Source: a virus. From it: 64,000 nt of DNA. The position numbers were made by a program, and so were the translations under genes. A model generated the notes under the pieces. The model was not told the DNA's origin. It did not search any database and saw nothing but the letters and a program-made list of their open reading frames with translations. The stretch lies in IMG/VR virus record IMGVR_UViG_3300027708_000022, positions 64,001 to 128,000 of that record. One strand, given 5' to 3'. This document shows, piece after piece, positions 48,595 to 58,787 of this stretch (positions are counted from its first letter, which is position 1; each line of letters opens with the position of its first letter).

Positions 48595-49238
48595 TACACA
48601 CCTAATATTCGTAATGCGTTTTCATAATATTTCTTTCTTTCTTCAAGACCATTATAACCACCATTGATGGCTCTTGTCAATCCTACTATATCACCGATAT
48701 CAGCAAATCTATTTAGATTATTAATTTTCCAGAACCAGCAGGCAGATTGTACAGCTAAATTTGGTTGTGAAACCAACTCAGGTTTAAGTAACGCTTCGTT
48801 ATCTTCAGACATGGAAAAGGATGCATAGTTATCTTTACCTGTTAACTGAATTAAACCACGACCACGATATTTGTAGCCATCACCAGAAGCTTCATCACCG
48901 TTACCTAAATCAGCACGGTTACCATATGCTCTGTTTGCAATAGCCTCTTGTTTGTTAGGCATTGCAACATAACGTGCAGCCACATCAGGAGGAAATCGAG
49001 TTGGCCATAGTCTTGTCAATGTTTCAGCACGATAATTCAAATTCTCTTCTAGTACCGTAAACTGACCAGACTCATGTGAACATTGTGCAATAAAGGCAGC
49101 AATGCGTAATGGTGTGGTTATATCGTAATTTGGCAATACCGACAACAGAGCTTCATGCCATTGAGCAACATAGTGGTTATTTGGAATCATTTGTTGCAAT
49201 TGTTCCCGTGATAAATCCATGTTATTTAACCAGTTCAA
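48594..49238 (-). CDS. glycoside hydrolase family 19 endolysin
   Basis: FIAQCSHESG, YRGRGLIQLTG..NY, TRAINGGYNGL. Confidence 0.9.
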   Translation of the reverse strand: MNWLNNMDLSREQLQQMIPNNHYVAQWHEALLSVLPNYDITTPLRIAAFIAQCSHESGQFTVLEENLNYRAETLTRLWPTRFPPDVAARYVAMPNKQEAIANRAYGNRADLGNGDEASGDGYKYRGRGLIQLTGKDNYASFSMSEDNEALLKPELVSQPNLAVQSACWFWKINNLNRFADIGDIVGLTRAINGGYNGLEERKKYYENALRILGV

Positions 49239-49488
49239 ATATTTGTTTTTGTTTATTATACCAATTAATCCATGACTCTGATTTTATCAAACACTCTTGA
49301 TATAAACCATAATTTACAGAAACAACCCTAACAACATCGCTGAATTTTTTTGTGTTAGGATCAATTTCCATTAGATCTGGACATTTTACTTTTAAGTAAC
49401 TAGGTACTTCAGGGAATTTACGCTCGACGGGTGTTGCTACACACCCAGTTAAAACCATAATAGATAAGACCATAAGTATTTTTTTCAT
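49222..49488 (-). CDS. o-spanin (Rz1-like lipoprotein)
   Basis: Lipobox LTGC, Pro-rich, next to the endolysin. Confidence 0.7.
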   Translation of the reverse strand: MKKILMVLSIMVLTGCVATPVERKFPEVPSYLKVKCPDLMEIDPNTKKFSDVVRVVSVNYGLYQECLIKSESWINWYNKQKQIFELVK

Positions 49489-49928
49489 TTCTTGTTTCTC
49501 GCAGCATCATTTAAAATTGAAATAGCTTCAGGTGGTACAACACAAACAGAATCAAGTTTTACAATCTCTTTAAGTATTCTATCTTGTATTGCAATTTGCA
49601 CATCTTTTATTTTTTGATTATTATCGTCTAACAATTTTTGTAATTCTTTATTAGCATTGTCAGATTGTAGTTGACTAACTTTAACTTTTTCTTCTAAGAC
49701 CAAAACTCTTTCTTTCCAAACCTTCTCATTATATAATGTGCCCTCAAAAAACACACCCACAACAAAAAATATCGCACAACCTATACGCAATGGTAAATTA
49801 TATTGTGTGATAAATGGAATATTTTTGATGAAATAAGTGGCAACACATCCAGCCATGCCAATTAAAACCATTAAGTGGATTAAAGATGCCCATATAGAAT
49901 GAAATAAATCTGTTATGAAAAACATCAT
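49485..49928 (-). CDS. i-spanin (Rz-like)
   Basis: N-terminal TM segments and coiled coil, upstream of the o-spanin. Confidence 0.65.
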   Translation of the reverse strand: MMFFITDLFHSIWASLIHLMVLIGMAGCVATYFIKNIPFITQYNLPLRIGCAIFFVVGVFFEGTLYNEKVWKERVLVLEEKVKVSQLQSDNANKELQKLLDDNNQKIKDVQIAIQDRILKEIVKLDSVCVVPPEAISILNDAARNKK

Positions 49929-50100
49929 GCAACCTCCTGTGGGATTTTCCTACGAAAAAATGATTTAAAAGGTATAGGTTTCTTGCGCTTACCAACACCA
50001 GGTTCGCCTTTCGGGCCAACACCGAGGCCTGCAATTTCACCATCACCAGTATTGTTTACAGGTATACCACCTACCATTACAACACCATCTTCTTTTAATT

Positions 50101-50493
50101 TCATTTGATAGTCCTTAATGCATTTGCAATACTTGTATCAACCGGTATTTCCGATGATAGTATATCTTTACCTTTAATACTCCTCACGGTATCTGGCATA
50201 CAACTTAGGAATACCAAATAGGTTTTTAATGATGAATAATCTTCTTTTGCCATCTTATAGAACAATAACCTAGTAGCAGGTTCTGGACCAAATACATTAC
50301 AGAGTACAACAAGGTGATTCAATATCAGACGCTCTCTTATTTCACCAGTCTTACGGTGTCTAAAGAATAATCGTTTAAGATAATTGAATCGTTTCATGTC
50401 CTCTTTAAATTCACTCATTATACAATTAGGTTTGTCGTAAACTTTCATTGCGTAAATCAAGATATTTTCACTACTCAAGTCATCAAAGGACAT
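50101..50493 (-). CDS. conserved T4-like hypothetical protein
   Basis: YDKPNC...EF.EDMKRF.YLKRL...RERLILNHL..L.NVFG. Confidence 0.7.
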   Translation of the reverse strand: MSFDDLSSENILIYAMKVYDKPNCIMSEFKEDMKRFNYLKRLFFRHRKTGEIRERLILNHLVVLCNVFGPEPATRLLFYKMAKEDYSSLKTYLVFLSCMPDTVRSIKGKDILSSEIPVDTSIANALRTIK

Positions 50494-50879
50494 TAATCTT
50501 CTTCTTCTAAACCCTCATCCTTAGATAGCATTTCTTCTACACCAGCTTCATCTGTCAATTTAGCATAGAAATCATAATTACCATCATCGGTGAGATAATA
50601 TAAAACATACAATAAAGAACCATCATGCAAATCAAAAACCGACTCATCTCCTTCTTCTTCGATATCATAAAGCACTGGCAAGTCAAAACCATACCTATGC
50701 AACACTTTACGCATCTTATAGAAACCAATTTCAGGAGACAATATGATATCATCAAGTTCCATTTCCAAATCGTGATTGACAGCGCCAGCAACAACCAAAT
50801 CTAAATCTGGTACTGTTACTGGCATAGCCAATTCTTTAAGAAACTCGGTGAATTTCATATTAGAATACTGGATCGCCAT
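50493..50879 (-). CDS. acidic hypothetical protein
   Basis: ORF track; internal MKFTEFLKE. Confidence 0.55.
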   Translation of the reverse strand: MAIQYSNMKFTEFLKELAMPVTVPDLDLVVAGAVNHDLEMELDDIILSPEIGFYKMRKVLHRYGFDLPVLYDIEEEGDESVFDLHDGSLLYVLYYLTDDGNYDFYAKLTDEAGVEEMLSKDEGLEEED

Positions 50880-51420
50880 CGCCAGTCATTGAACCCATAG
50901 AAACTATAGTTTCAGTTGTTACACGATTAGCACGGCCACCCATTGTTACTGTGAACACAGCATTACCTGTATTTGGTGTAGCGATTGGTGTATTTGCATA
51001 TGAACCACCGCTAACAACAGTAATTGATGTAATATATCCAGCGGTATTAACGGCTACGTTTGCAACAGCAGCTGTGTTACCTGTACCACCGGCACCATTA
51101 CCTTGAGTGATAGTAATAAAACTATTAACTGCAACGGCACCTGAGTTAGCTGTGATAGATACAATCGGACCAGTTCCAACTTTACGAACAACCCAACCTG
51201 CGTGCTGCGGTTTGCCAGATAATCCAGTTGCATTGGTTTGTTCTGTTGTATCTACACCAAAAATACCTAGTGCAGAGTTGGCCATGAAAGCGTTAATTCT
51301 TGTGTTCGCAAAATAGACTTGGCCATTTTGCGATACTTGTGGTGTATTGCCGCCGTAGCCAACCATTTCTGATTGCTTTGGTACATTGTTAGCAGCATCT
51401 AGGTTCCCCCATAAACTCAT
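50860..51420 (-). CDS. probable virion structural protein
   Basis: MSLWG..D, HAGWV, GGRANRVTTETIV.M; Gly/Thr/Asn-rich. Confidence 0.65.
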   Translation of the reverse strand: MSLWGNLDAANNVPKQSEMVGYGGNTPQVSQNGQVYFANTRINAFMANSALGIFGVDTTEQTNATGLSGKPQHAGWVVRKVGTGPIVSITANSGAVAVNSFITITQGNGAGGTGNTAAVANVAVNTAGYITSITVVSGGSYANTPIATPNTGNAVFTVTMGGRANRVTTETIVSMGSMTGDGDPVF

Positions 51421-51452
51421 TTTATTTCTCCTAAAATTCTGTTATATTCTAT

Positions 51453-53402
51453 TTATGTGTTTTTTGTTATACTGGAAGTTAACTCAGGCTCTGATTGAAA
51501 CTTATCATCTCCACCTGGAGTAACCTTTTGTTCTTTTTTTTTAATTGCATCTTTTTTCTTTGCATCAGCCATGGCTTCACGAACAATCTGTAATTGACGA
51601 GATTCATATACGAGAGTTTCTAGTTTCTTTGGTGTTGCCTTCAACGACAATTGTGCAGGTGTTCCAATGTCAGCAGGCATATTAGCCGTAGTTTTAGAAA
51701 CTTCTTCTTTAGCTAATTTTCTAGTTGCTTTGATAATACCATTATATCTTTTTTCAAAATGGTCACCGTATTCTTTTGTTACTCCAGGTTTACCAGATTT
51801 AGCCTCAATACCAGCATTAATACCCTTTTTACTTAAATCTCTGGCTGCAGCAGGAATATAACTTTTTAAAGTATTCTTGCTCAATTCTTCGATTGGTTCT
51901 ACTTCTTCTTTCATCTCGGAGTACATATAGTCAGCTGCGGTTTGAATGTAATCAGTAGCAAGAGTAATCTTAGACTGCACCCACTCTGGCATATCTGTAT
52001 CAGGCTTCAATAATTCTTTAATCATATCAGCACAACGAGTTAGCGTTGCTAATTGATTCAAAGCCATATCGCCTTCATAGCCATACTCTTGCTCATCTTT
52101 GGATTCTTTGATGTGACCATACTTCTTTTTATACCATTCAGGCATTCCATTCTTTTGACGGAAATATCTAACGGTTGCAGAATCATTGGCTTGGTCACGA
52201 TATTTGTTTTCTGCGGTTGTGTTATGACTCTTCATTGCTTCAGCAGCTGCATGAGCATCTTTAGCAATATGAATCAAGGCCTCATTAGATTTTTTATGAT
52301 ACTCATGGCCTTCAAGTGGGTGTCTTTGTGAAGGACGGCCTTCTTGAACGAATTCTTCTTTAACTGAAGATTTTTGTGGTGTGACTGAGTGGATGTTAAT
52401 GTTCTTTTTACCACGCTTCTTCAAATCACTTTCTGCATAACGTCTTGCTGAATCTTTATCCGGTGCGTGTAGTGATAAATTACCAGAAGCAATACCATTT
52501 CCACTTGAGGAATCGTGACTATATCGAACACGATGTAAAGTTCCTTTAGCAGCTTCATCAACAAGTTCTGATTCTTCCGATACAGATTTCCAACCACCAC
52601 CCATTTCTTTATATTTTTTTGATGCCCAACCATTAGCATAGGCAGATGGATATACATCAAATTTAGATTTTGCTTGAGCAATTGCTCTTGACCATAACTC
52701 AGGGTTAGTTGGTTTATTTTTTTCGTCTAATTGTTTCATATTTTCATTTACCTTACTTTTAACATTGATTGGTGCGCCTTGTCTTTCGGCATTTGGATCT
52801 TGTTGCCTTTTTCTTCTCACAGCAGATGCTCTTTCTTTTTTACTTAAAGATGCTCTTTGTGCTTGTGACATACACTTAGGTTTAGGTTCACCAGGTTCTC
52901 TTGCACAAGGACCAATTGCTTCACCCTTACTATTAATTCTTTTCCAATCGCCTTTTGGATCGGTCTTACTAAACCATTTTCGTAAATCTTCTTTGAGTTC
53001 TGCTCTTCTCTCAGCATTAGATTTACGATTTGGGCTATCTGGATTCTTATAAGGAGTTTTTCTCATTCCTTCTTTGTCGTAATCACCTGATTTCTGTTTT
53101 GCGATTGCAGTAGCAGCAGCAATTGCAGCCGCAGCAGATTCATTCACAGCACCGTGAATTTTACACATACCACAATCTGGACAAGTCATTTCCATAACCT
53201 CATGACTCTCGTTGTGTTTATTTTTGCCAGCACAATGAGCTTTTTGACTGAATCCTTTAGGATGTGAACAGTTAATTGAACTCTTATATTTCTGACTCCA
53301 ACTTTCTTTCATGCAAGAGCCAGGAGAGAATGCTTTTTTGCCTGGCTTTGGTTTATAACCAGGCCAGCATCTTCCCTCTAAGAACTCAGACCACTTTTTC
53401 AT
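51453..53402 (-). CDS. modular probable internal head protein
   Basis: MKKWSEFLEG N-terminus; modules separated by xxE sites; AKSKFDVYPSAYANGW...GGGW module. Confidence 0.65.
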   Translation of the reverse strand: MKKWSEFLEGRCWPGYKPKPGKKAFSPGSCMKESWSQKYKSSINCSHPKGFSQKAHCAGKNKHNESHEVMEMTCPDCGMCKIHGAVNESAAAAIAAATAIAKQKSGDYDKEGMRKTPYKNPDSPNRKSNAERRAELKEDLRKWFSKTDPKGDWKRINSKGEAIGPCAREPGEPKPKCMSQAQRASLSKKERASAVRRKRQQDPNAERQGAPINVKSKVNENMKQLDEKNKPTNPELWSRAIAQAKSKFDVYPSAYANGWASKKYKEMGGGWKSVSEESELVDEAAKGTLHRVRYSHDSSSGNGIASGNLSLHAPDKDSARRYAESDLKKRGKKNINIHSVTPQKSSVKEEFVQEGRPSQRHPLEGHEYHKKSNEALIHIAKDAHAAAEAMKSHNTTAENKYRDQANDSATVRYFRQKNGMPEWYKKKYGHIKESKDEQEYGYEGDMALNQLATLTRCADMIKELLKPDTDMPEWVQSKITLATDYIQTAADYMYSEMKEEVEPIEELSKNTLKSYIPAAARDLSKKGINAGIEAKSGKPGVTKEYGDHFEKRYNGIIKATRKLAKEEVSKTTANMPADIGTPAQLSLKATPKKLETLVYESRQLQIVREAMADAKKKDAIKKKEQKVTPGGDDKFQSEPELTSSITKNT

Positions 53403-54856
53403 TACTCGCCTTTAGCCTGTTTGGTTGCTGTTGCATACATCACAGACTTAGCATCTTTACCGTAACGATCTTTGAAACCAGATAATCCTTTTTTCATTGA
53501 TTTAACAATTTCTTCTTTCTTATCCGTTTCTGCATCAGTCAACTTACGTTCTGTTAAATCAATCTCAGCATACTTAACACCATTCACATCATTGTAGTCA
53601 ATGAATTCTACGGTTGTGTGAGTTTGTTCTTCAACTTGTTCAACACCTTCTTTAGCTAATCTATCAACTGCTTTTTTAACTCCAGCATCTCTATTTTTGA
53701 GAGTTACTGATGCCTTTTGGTATGCTTTTTTACCTTCAGCACCATCTGGTATGTCATTTGCTTTACGTGCTATCGAATCATACGACTTAAATGCTTTTTT
53801 GGCATATGATCCTAGTGTTTTCTTTGACAATTCATCCAACTGCTCATACTCTTCAGTCTGCATAAATTCTTCAAGTTCTTCTGGTGTGAAATCTTCCAAA
53901 GTTAACTCAATTTCTTCATTCTGAACAGCCTGAACAGCAGCCTTTGCAACTTCTGGTTGCTTCTTTGTACCAGCAGCACGTTGCTTTGCATCATCCAATT
54001 GAGCATCAAACTCAGCACTTGTTGGTTCTTCTGCTAATACTCTAAAAAGACCCTTAACACCACCTTCTGTGTAAGATTCAATCATCTCTGAGAATTTACG
54101 GCGGTGTACAACACCCTTACCTGTTTTCTCCATTTCACCTTGAGTAGTTTTCTTCTTCTCGCCTTTCTTCATATCTTGTGGTGCCTTACCATATTTCTTT
54201 TCGTATTCTGGAGTACCTGGAAACATTTCTTCAATTTCTTCTACTTCTTCTTTTCTCATTGAAGCCATAGCTCTTTGCGCTAATGATTTAGCACGATCCA
54301 TTTCTTTACCTTTTTGTACAGGCTTCTTGAAATTGCTTGGGTCATAATGTGATTTAGGTTTACCATATTCTTTATGGAAATCATTATGACTTAAATCTTT
54401 TAAGTCAGCATCTAATTGTGCCATTTTACTTTCATCTAAATCAACTTCTTCTGGTAATTTACCTTTTGGGCCATGTGTACCTAAAGCCGCTTTGATAGCT
54501 GGCTTAAGTTGCTTTGCTCTATCTTCACGGCGTTTTTTGGCATAAGCATCAGTTTCTTTACTATTACCTGGAGTATTCATTGCTGGAATATTTTCTAGAT
54601 TGGTTTGACCCGACCGAGGAAACTTATGAGGCAAGTTCATACCTGTGCGGGCAAGCAAGGTATCAGCTTCTTCAACACTTTCAACTTCTTCTTTCTTCAT
54701 TGAGCGAAGCTTCTTAAAGTCCTGAGCAGTCAATTCATCTTTTTCTGGTTCATGTACATCTAGTTTTTGTTGATTTGCGGTTAATGCTTTCTCACCCATC
54801 ATAATGCGAGCAGCAGCTTCAGCAACACTTCTCAGTTTTTTATTTTCGAATTCCAT
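53402..54856 (-). CDS. Glu/Lys-rich probable internal head protein
   Basis: LDELSKKTLGSY.KKA module shared with the neighbour; ends KSVMYATATKQAK. Confidence 0.6.
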   Translation of the reverse strand: MEFENKKLRSVAEAAARIMMGEKALTANQQKLDVHEPEKDELTAQDFKKLRSMKKEEVESVEEADTLLARTGMNLPHKFPRSGQTNLENIPAMNTPGNSKETDAYAKKRREDRAKQLKPAIKAALGTHGPKGKLPEEVDLDESKMAQLDADLKDLSHNDFHKEYGKPKSHYDPSNFKKPVQKGKEMDRAKSLAQRAMASMRKEEVEEIEEMFPGTPEYEKKYGKAPQDMKKGEKKKTTQGEMEKTGKGVVHRRKFSEMIESYTEGGVKGLFRVLAEEPTSAEFDAQLDDAKQRAAGTKKQPEVAKAAVQAVQNEEIELTLEDFTPEELEEFMQTEEYEQLDELSKKTLGSYAKKAFKSYDSIARKANDIPDGAEGKKAYQKASVTLKNRDAGVKKAVDRLAKEGVEQVEEQTHTTVEFIDYNDVNGVKYAEIDLTERKLTDAETDKKEEIVKSMKKGLSGFKDRYGKDAKSVMYATATKQAKGE

Positions 54857-54872
54857 GTTTTTTCCTTTTGAA

Positions 54873-55178
54873 TTAACAATTCCATTTTCTTAGTGCTTTA
54901 TTAATACGGCTATCAGGATCTCTGGCGGTTTCAGCAGATGTGAGTTTTGATTTCATGCCACCCATTCTGGCACAAAATGATTTGCGGCGATTTGCTGATT
55001 TAGAACCTGGTTTCAACTTAGAAGGTTTAGTAGTAACTGCCATTGAAAGTTTTGAACCTGGATTATCACGGCGATATGATTCAATACCTTTACGATTCAA
55101 ACCACCTGCCTCTGATTTACCTTCTTTGCGAGTCCATGCAGGAGAGGCCTCAGCAATAAAATCTCTTAGTCTTTTCAT
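54873..55178 (-). CDS. small basic conserved T4-like protein
   Basis: AWTRKEGK..AGGLN.KG...RRKSFCARM.GMK...SRINKALRKWNC. Confidence 0.7.
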   Translation of the reverse strand: MKRLRDFIAEASPAWTRKEGKSEAGGLNRKGIESYRRDNPGSKLSMAVTTKPSKLKPGSKSANRRKSFCARMGGMKSKLTSAETARDPDSRINKALRKWNC

Positions 55179-57313
55179 GCTGCGTAATTCCTTTTACGGA
55201 AAGAAGTTAGGTTGATACCAACTTTCTTTAGTTCATCTTCTTTTTGGTCACCAATAGATGCCGTAGTTTCATCACCTTGTATTTCTTTAAATGGTTTCAG
55301 TTTGCCATTCTTGTCATAATTATCACCACCACCACGACCAAGACTTTCTCCAGATTGTGCCATCGAAAGTCCTGGTTCAATACTCATATCTATAGCTTCG
55401 GTAATGGCTTTTTCTTTTTTGGCCCGGATTTGTGCGAGGGTGATTTTGGTTTTGGACTTGGAGATTTCTTCGGTGATGGTTTCGCTTGAACCACTGGCTC
55501 TTCCACCGGTACTATTGGTATGACGTATACTGGCGCCGACACTTCCAAAACGGTCGGTGATTGAACTTCTTTCTTCTTGAATAGACTCATTAGTTTCTTT
55601 AGCATTTGGATTTCCTTTGATTTTGATAACATAAACTTTACCCATTGGATAAACAACACCATCATGTGTATGGGCTTCTTTAGCAGCAGAACGGCGTAAA
55701 ATGAATGTTCTTACTTTACCGGTTTTATCTTTCAATAGCTGACTATAATTTGAGTTAGAATATTCATTTATTTCTTCAAATGATTCATTAAAGAAACTTT
55801 CAAATTCTTCGTTAACTTTCTTAGTCACAGGTGCTTGCACTGGTTGTAGTTTATCATGTACTGAACGGTGTGTAACTTTATTGTCTTTACCGTAGCGACC
55901 AAAACCATAATAGTCCAAACCTAGTTTACGAGCTTCTTCTGCGGCCTTTGAATCTGGATGTGGTGAGGTCTTTGCGTCTTTCTTTGATACGGTAAGACTG
56001 TCTTTCTTTTGCAATTCAGCAGAAACCCACTCTCTAGCCTGTTTGCTTTTTGGTGGTGTACTTACAAACTTTTGTATTTGTTTGTAAAGGTCCAGCATTT
56101 CTTTCTTTTTAGCCTTAACAATATCAGGGTGTGCTGAGCGCAAATCTTCTGAATTATCAAACTCAGTATAATTTTCACCAAATATTTTTGCTAAATCTGG
56201 TCTTGCATTTTGCACAGACTGCCATTTCTCTCTTCTAAGGTTCTCTGGTACTGTACGACCACCACGTTGTCCACGTTCAACATTACGCATGGATGATACA
56301 TCATCTTTAGTATTAATTAAAACCATTGAAGTATCATAACCTAATTCTTCTAGGCGACCTTTGATTTTCTTAATTTTCTCTGGATCATCACCAGTACCAT
56401 TGATGATAACACCATTACGACCATGCAAAGCAAGACGCTCTCTCAATTCGGTTATACTCTTTGCTCTACCACGAGTAATATCACGTTCAGTTTTTTCAGA
56501 ATCAGGCATGGTTTTATTCAGACCCTGCTTGTCCATAAGATATTCAAGTGCTTTATCTGAATTGATTTCTGTTAGACCATGACCTGAAAGTGTGTTATCA
56601 AGAATATAATCTTTACCTGAACCTGGACCACCCGCTAAGAATACAGCCTTAAAGATGGCCTTATCATGTACACCTTCAACCAACAATTCTTCAAATGATG
56701 CATCAACATCTTCTTTAACACCCATGTGGTGACGTACATCATTGTACAATTCTTTTGCATGGTGTTCTGGTACATGACTAGGAACACCCTTCTTGAATTC
56801 ATTGAAGTTACCACTAGAAGCGTGTGCTCGCATTTTCGAAGCAGACATACCTTCTGCACCTTCGGCATCAGGGTCTCTCTCACCTGCGGAGTGTACTTTT
56901 ATGTGTTTAAAATTAAACAATGCACCTTCGTGGGTGCCATTGTATTTGTGTAACAACTTGTGATATTCTCCAGTGCGGTCTGAACCAGCAACCATGTGTA
57001 GGTGTGTCACACCTTGTTTGTGGAGTTTTGCAGCTTGTGTTAGGAAGTTTGGATGTTCTTTGTTCGATACTGTAATATTAGTTTTCGGAAAGAATCTTTT
57101 GGCGTGTTTGAATTTTGTTTCTGATGATAGAGGATTCTTCGTCTTATCCTGCGAATGCGATAAGACTACATGATGTGAAGCATTATGCTCTTTGGCAATT
57201 TCTTTTACTTTATCAACCAGTTTACCGTGACCGATTGTTGGAGGATTCATACGACCAAAGGCCAATACAGCGTGATTGTCCTTTGATTCTCTAATAAATT
57301 CTTTAAACTTCAT
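55175..57313 (-). CDS. HxGH nucleotidyltransferase fused to a zeta-like P-loop kinase
   Basis: FGRMNPPTIGH, VAGSDR, MSASKMR; then AVFLAGGPGSGKD, INSD, RNVERG; late promoter at 57348-57355. Confidence 0.8.
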   Translation of the reverse strand: MKFKEFIRESKDNHAVLAFGRMNPPTIGHGKLVDKVKEIAKEHNASHHVVLSHSQDKTKNPLSSETKFKHAKRFFPKTNITVSNKEHPNFLTQAAKLHKQGVTHLHMVAGSDRTGEYHKLLHKYNGTHEGALFNFKHIKVHSAGERDPDAEGAEGMSASKMRAHASSGNFNEFKKGVPSHVPEHHAKELYNDVRHHMGVKEDVDASFEELLVEGVHDKAIFKAVFLAGGPGSGKDYILDNTLSGHGLTEINSDKALEYLMDKQGLNKTMPDSEKTERDITRGRAKSITELRERLALHGRNGVIINGTGDDPEKIKKIKGRLEELGYDTSMVLINTKDDVSSMRNVERGQRGGRTVPENLRREKWQSVQNARPDLAKIFGENYTEFDNSEDLRSAHPDIVKAKKKEMLDLYKQIQKFVSTPPKSKQAREWVSAELQKKDSLTVSKKDAKTSPHPDSKAAEEARKLGLDYYGFGRYGKDNKVTHRSVHDKLQPVQAPVTKKVNEEFESFFNESFEEINEYSNSNYSQLLKDKTGKVRTFILRRSAAKEAHTHDGVVYPMGKVYVIKIKGNPNAKETNESIQEERSSITDRFGSVGASIRHTNSTGGRASGSSETITEEISKSKTKITLAQIRAKKEKAITEAIDMSIEPGLSMAQSGESLGRGGGDNYDKNGKLKPFKEIQGDETTASIGDQKEDELKKVGINLTSFRKRNYAA

Positions 57314-57360
57314 TTTATCCGCCTCTATAGCGTTATTGTTTATGATCTATTTATACAATT

Positions 57361-58140
57361 TTAAATTCTATAAACCTCAGCAGAAGTCTTAGAATTAGAC
57401 CTTTTTTTAATCAAATCCAAAACAACCGGGTCATTCATTTGGTCACCATAAGGTGCAAAGAATGCTCTATCGTGCTGTTCTGAATTGACTCTAGGCTCAC
57501 ATAGGTAGTATATCGCCAGACTCTTACGATACACATTTTTTGGACAATCAATAGCCTCTGGCAATCCATGCCATGAGTTTTGTGTGGTATCAAACAACAC
57601 AGCACGATTGAATTTATTATGGACTTTGGTTACACATTCTTTTGGCAAATTGGTATCAGGGTCATGTGACCAAAATTCAAGTCCACCACCCCATTCTTCT
57701 TTCCAATTCGGTGTCAAGTAAATAATAACATTGATTCTTCTTTCCATTCCTAATTTAGGATGTATAGAATAATCCTTGTGCATATTCAATTTACCACCAC
57801 GTTGATGCATATGCCAACCACCACCATGCATACCATAATCAGCCACCAGATCATTAATACCCGTAAGTAACCTAATCTTGTGTACATATTCTGGTGTGTT
57901 CATTAAAGAAAATGCCTGATATGTGGTCTTTGGAAACAAATCCCAATTTGGTGTCAGTTTCTTATCTTCAATAGCATTCTTATACACAGACCAAATTTTT
58001 GGGTCATTGTAATCTGGAAATTCATCAGATAACTTTAGTGCTGTTTCTTCATCAAAGAAATTGTCAATTATCACATAATTAAATGGTTTAGCAGTTTTAA
58101 ATTCATTGTGAAATTTTAAGTAATCAAAGTAATTAATCAT
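57361..58140 (-). CDS. 2OG-Fe(II) oxygenase
   Basis: GGG.H...GGKLNMHKD, WGGGLEFW, FNRAVLF, SWHG, RKSLA.YY. Confidence 0.85.
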   Translation of the reverse strand: MINYFDYLKFHNEFKTAKPFNYVIIDNFFDEETALKLSDEFPDYNDPKIWSVYKNAIEDKKLTPNWDLFPKTTYQAFSLMNTPEYVHKIRLLTGINDLVADYGMHGGGWHMHQRGGKLNMHKDYSIHPKLGMERRINVIIYLTPNWKEEWGGGLEFWSHDPDTNLPKECVTKVHNKFNRAVLFDTTQNSWHGLPEAIDCPKNVYRKSLAIYYLCEPRVNSEQHDRAFFAPYGDQMNDPVVLDLIKKRSNSKTSAEVYRI

Positions 58141-58787
58141 AAAGGGTATTTTTTGACAGTTATATTTTTATGTAATATGTTATGTAAGGAGAATAACCTT
58201 TCTACCACAAATGGAAAGTTTGGCACAAAATGGCCATTATATTCTTTACCTTTCACATATATGTATTCGTTCAGAACCGGATCTTCTGCACATATCTTTA
58301 AACATTTATCAATAAAATTCATATAATTTGTCCAAAATTTAGAATTACCTACAAAATAATTACAAGTTGCAAACTCTTCGGCTGTGTACCTGTATTCTCC
58401 TACTCTAGTTTCAATACCAAGTTTTGGAAATAATCTGTTACAGAAATCTATCATTCCAGGACACCACACATCTCCTTGTGTCCAAATATTTGCATATTGA
58501 TGTGGTAACTCTGGAAATGGGTCAATGTGATATACATCAAATCCAGGATTCTCTAGCATCCAATTCTTAAACACCTGTGCAGGTACTCTTGTTTTGTCAA
58601 ACCATAACCAAGACATAAGACCCCAATAAGCATCAGAGTCTTTGTGTTTCTCCAATAGTTTTTGCCACATTGGATATTCTCTCAAATGTGGCTGTGCGTT
58701 GATTGTATTGTCGTATGTTATGAATGCAGGATCTAAATGTGGTATTTGTTCCTGTCTATAGTATGCCTGATATATCTCTAGTTTCAT
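58137..58787 (-). CDS. hypothetical glyco-cluster protein
   Basis: YWGLMSW...K, CNYFVGN..FW, PFVVERLF. Confidence 0.55.
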   Translation of the reverse strand: MKLEIYQAYYRQEQIPHLDPAFITYDNTINAQPHLREYPMWQKLLEKHKDSDAYWGLMSWLWFDKTRVPAQVFKNWMLENPGFDVYHIDPFPELPHQYANIWTQGDVWCPGMIDFCNRLFPKLGIETRVGEYRYTAEEFATCNYFVGNSKFWTNYMNFIDKCLKICAEDPVLNEYIYVKGKEYNGHFVPNFPFVVERLFSLHNILHKNITVKKYPL

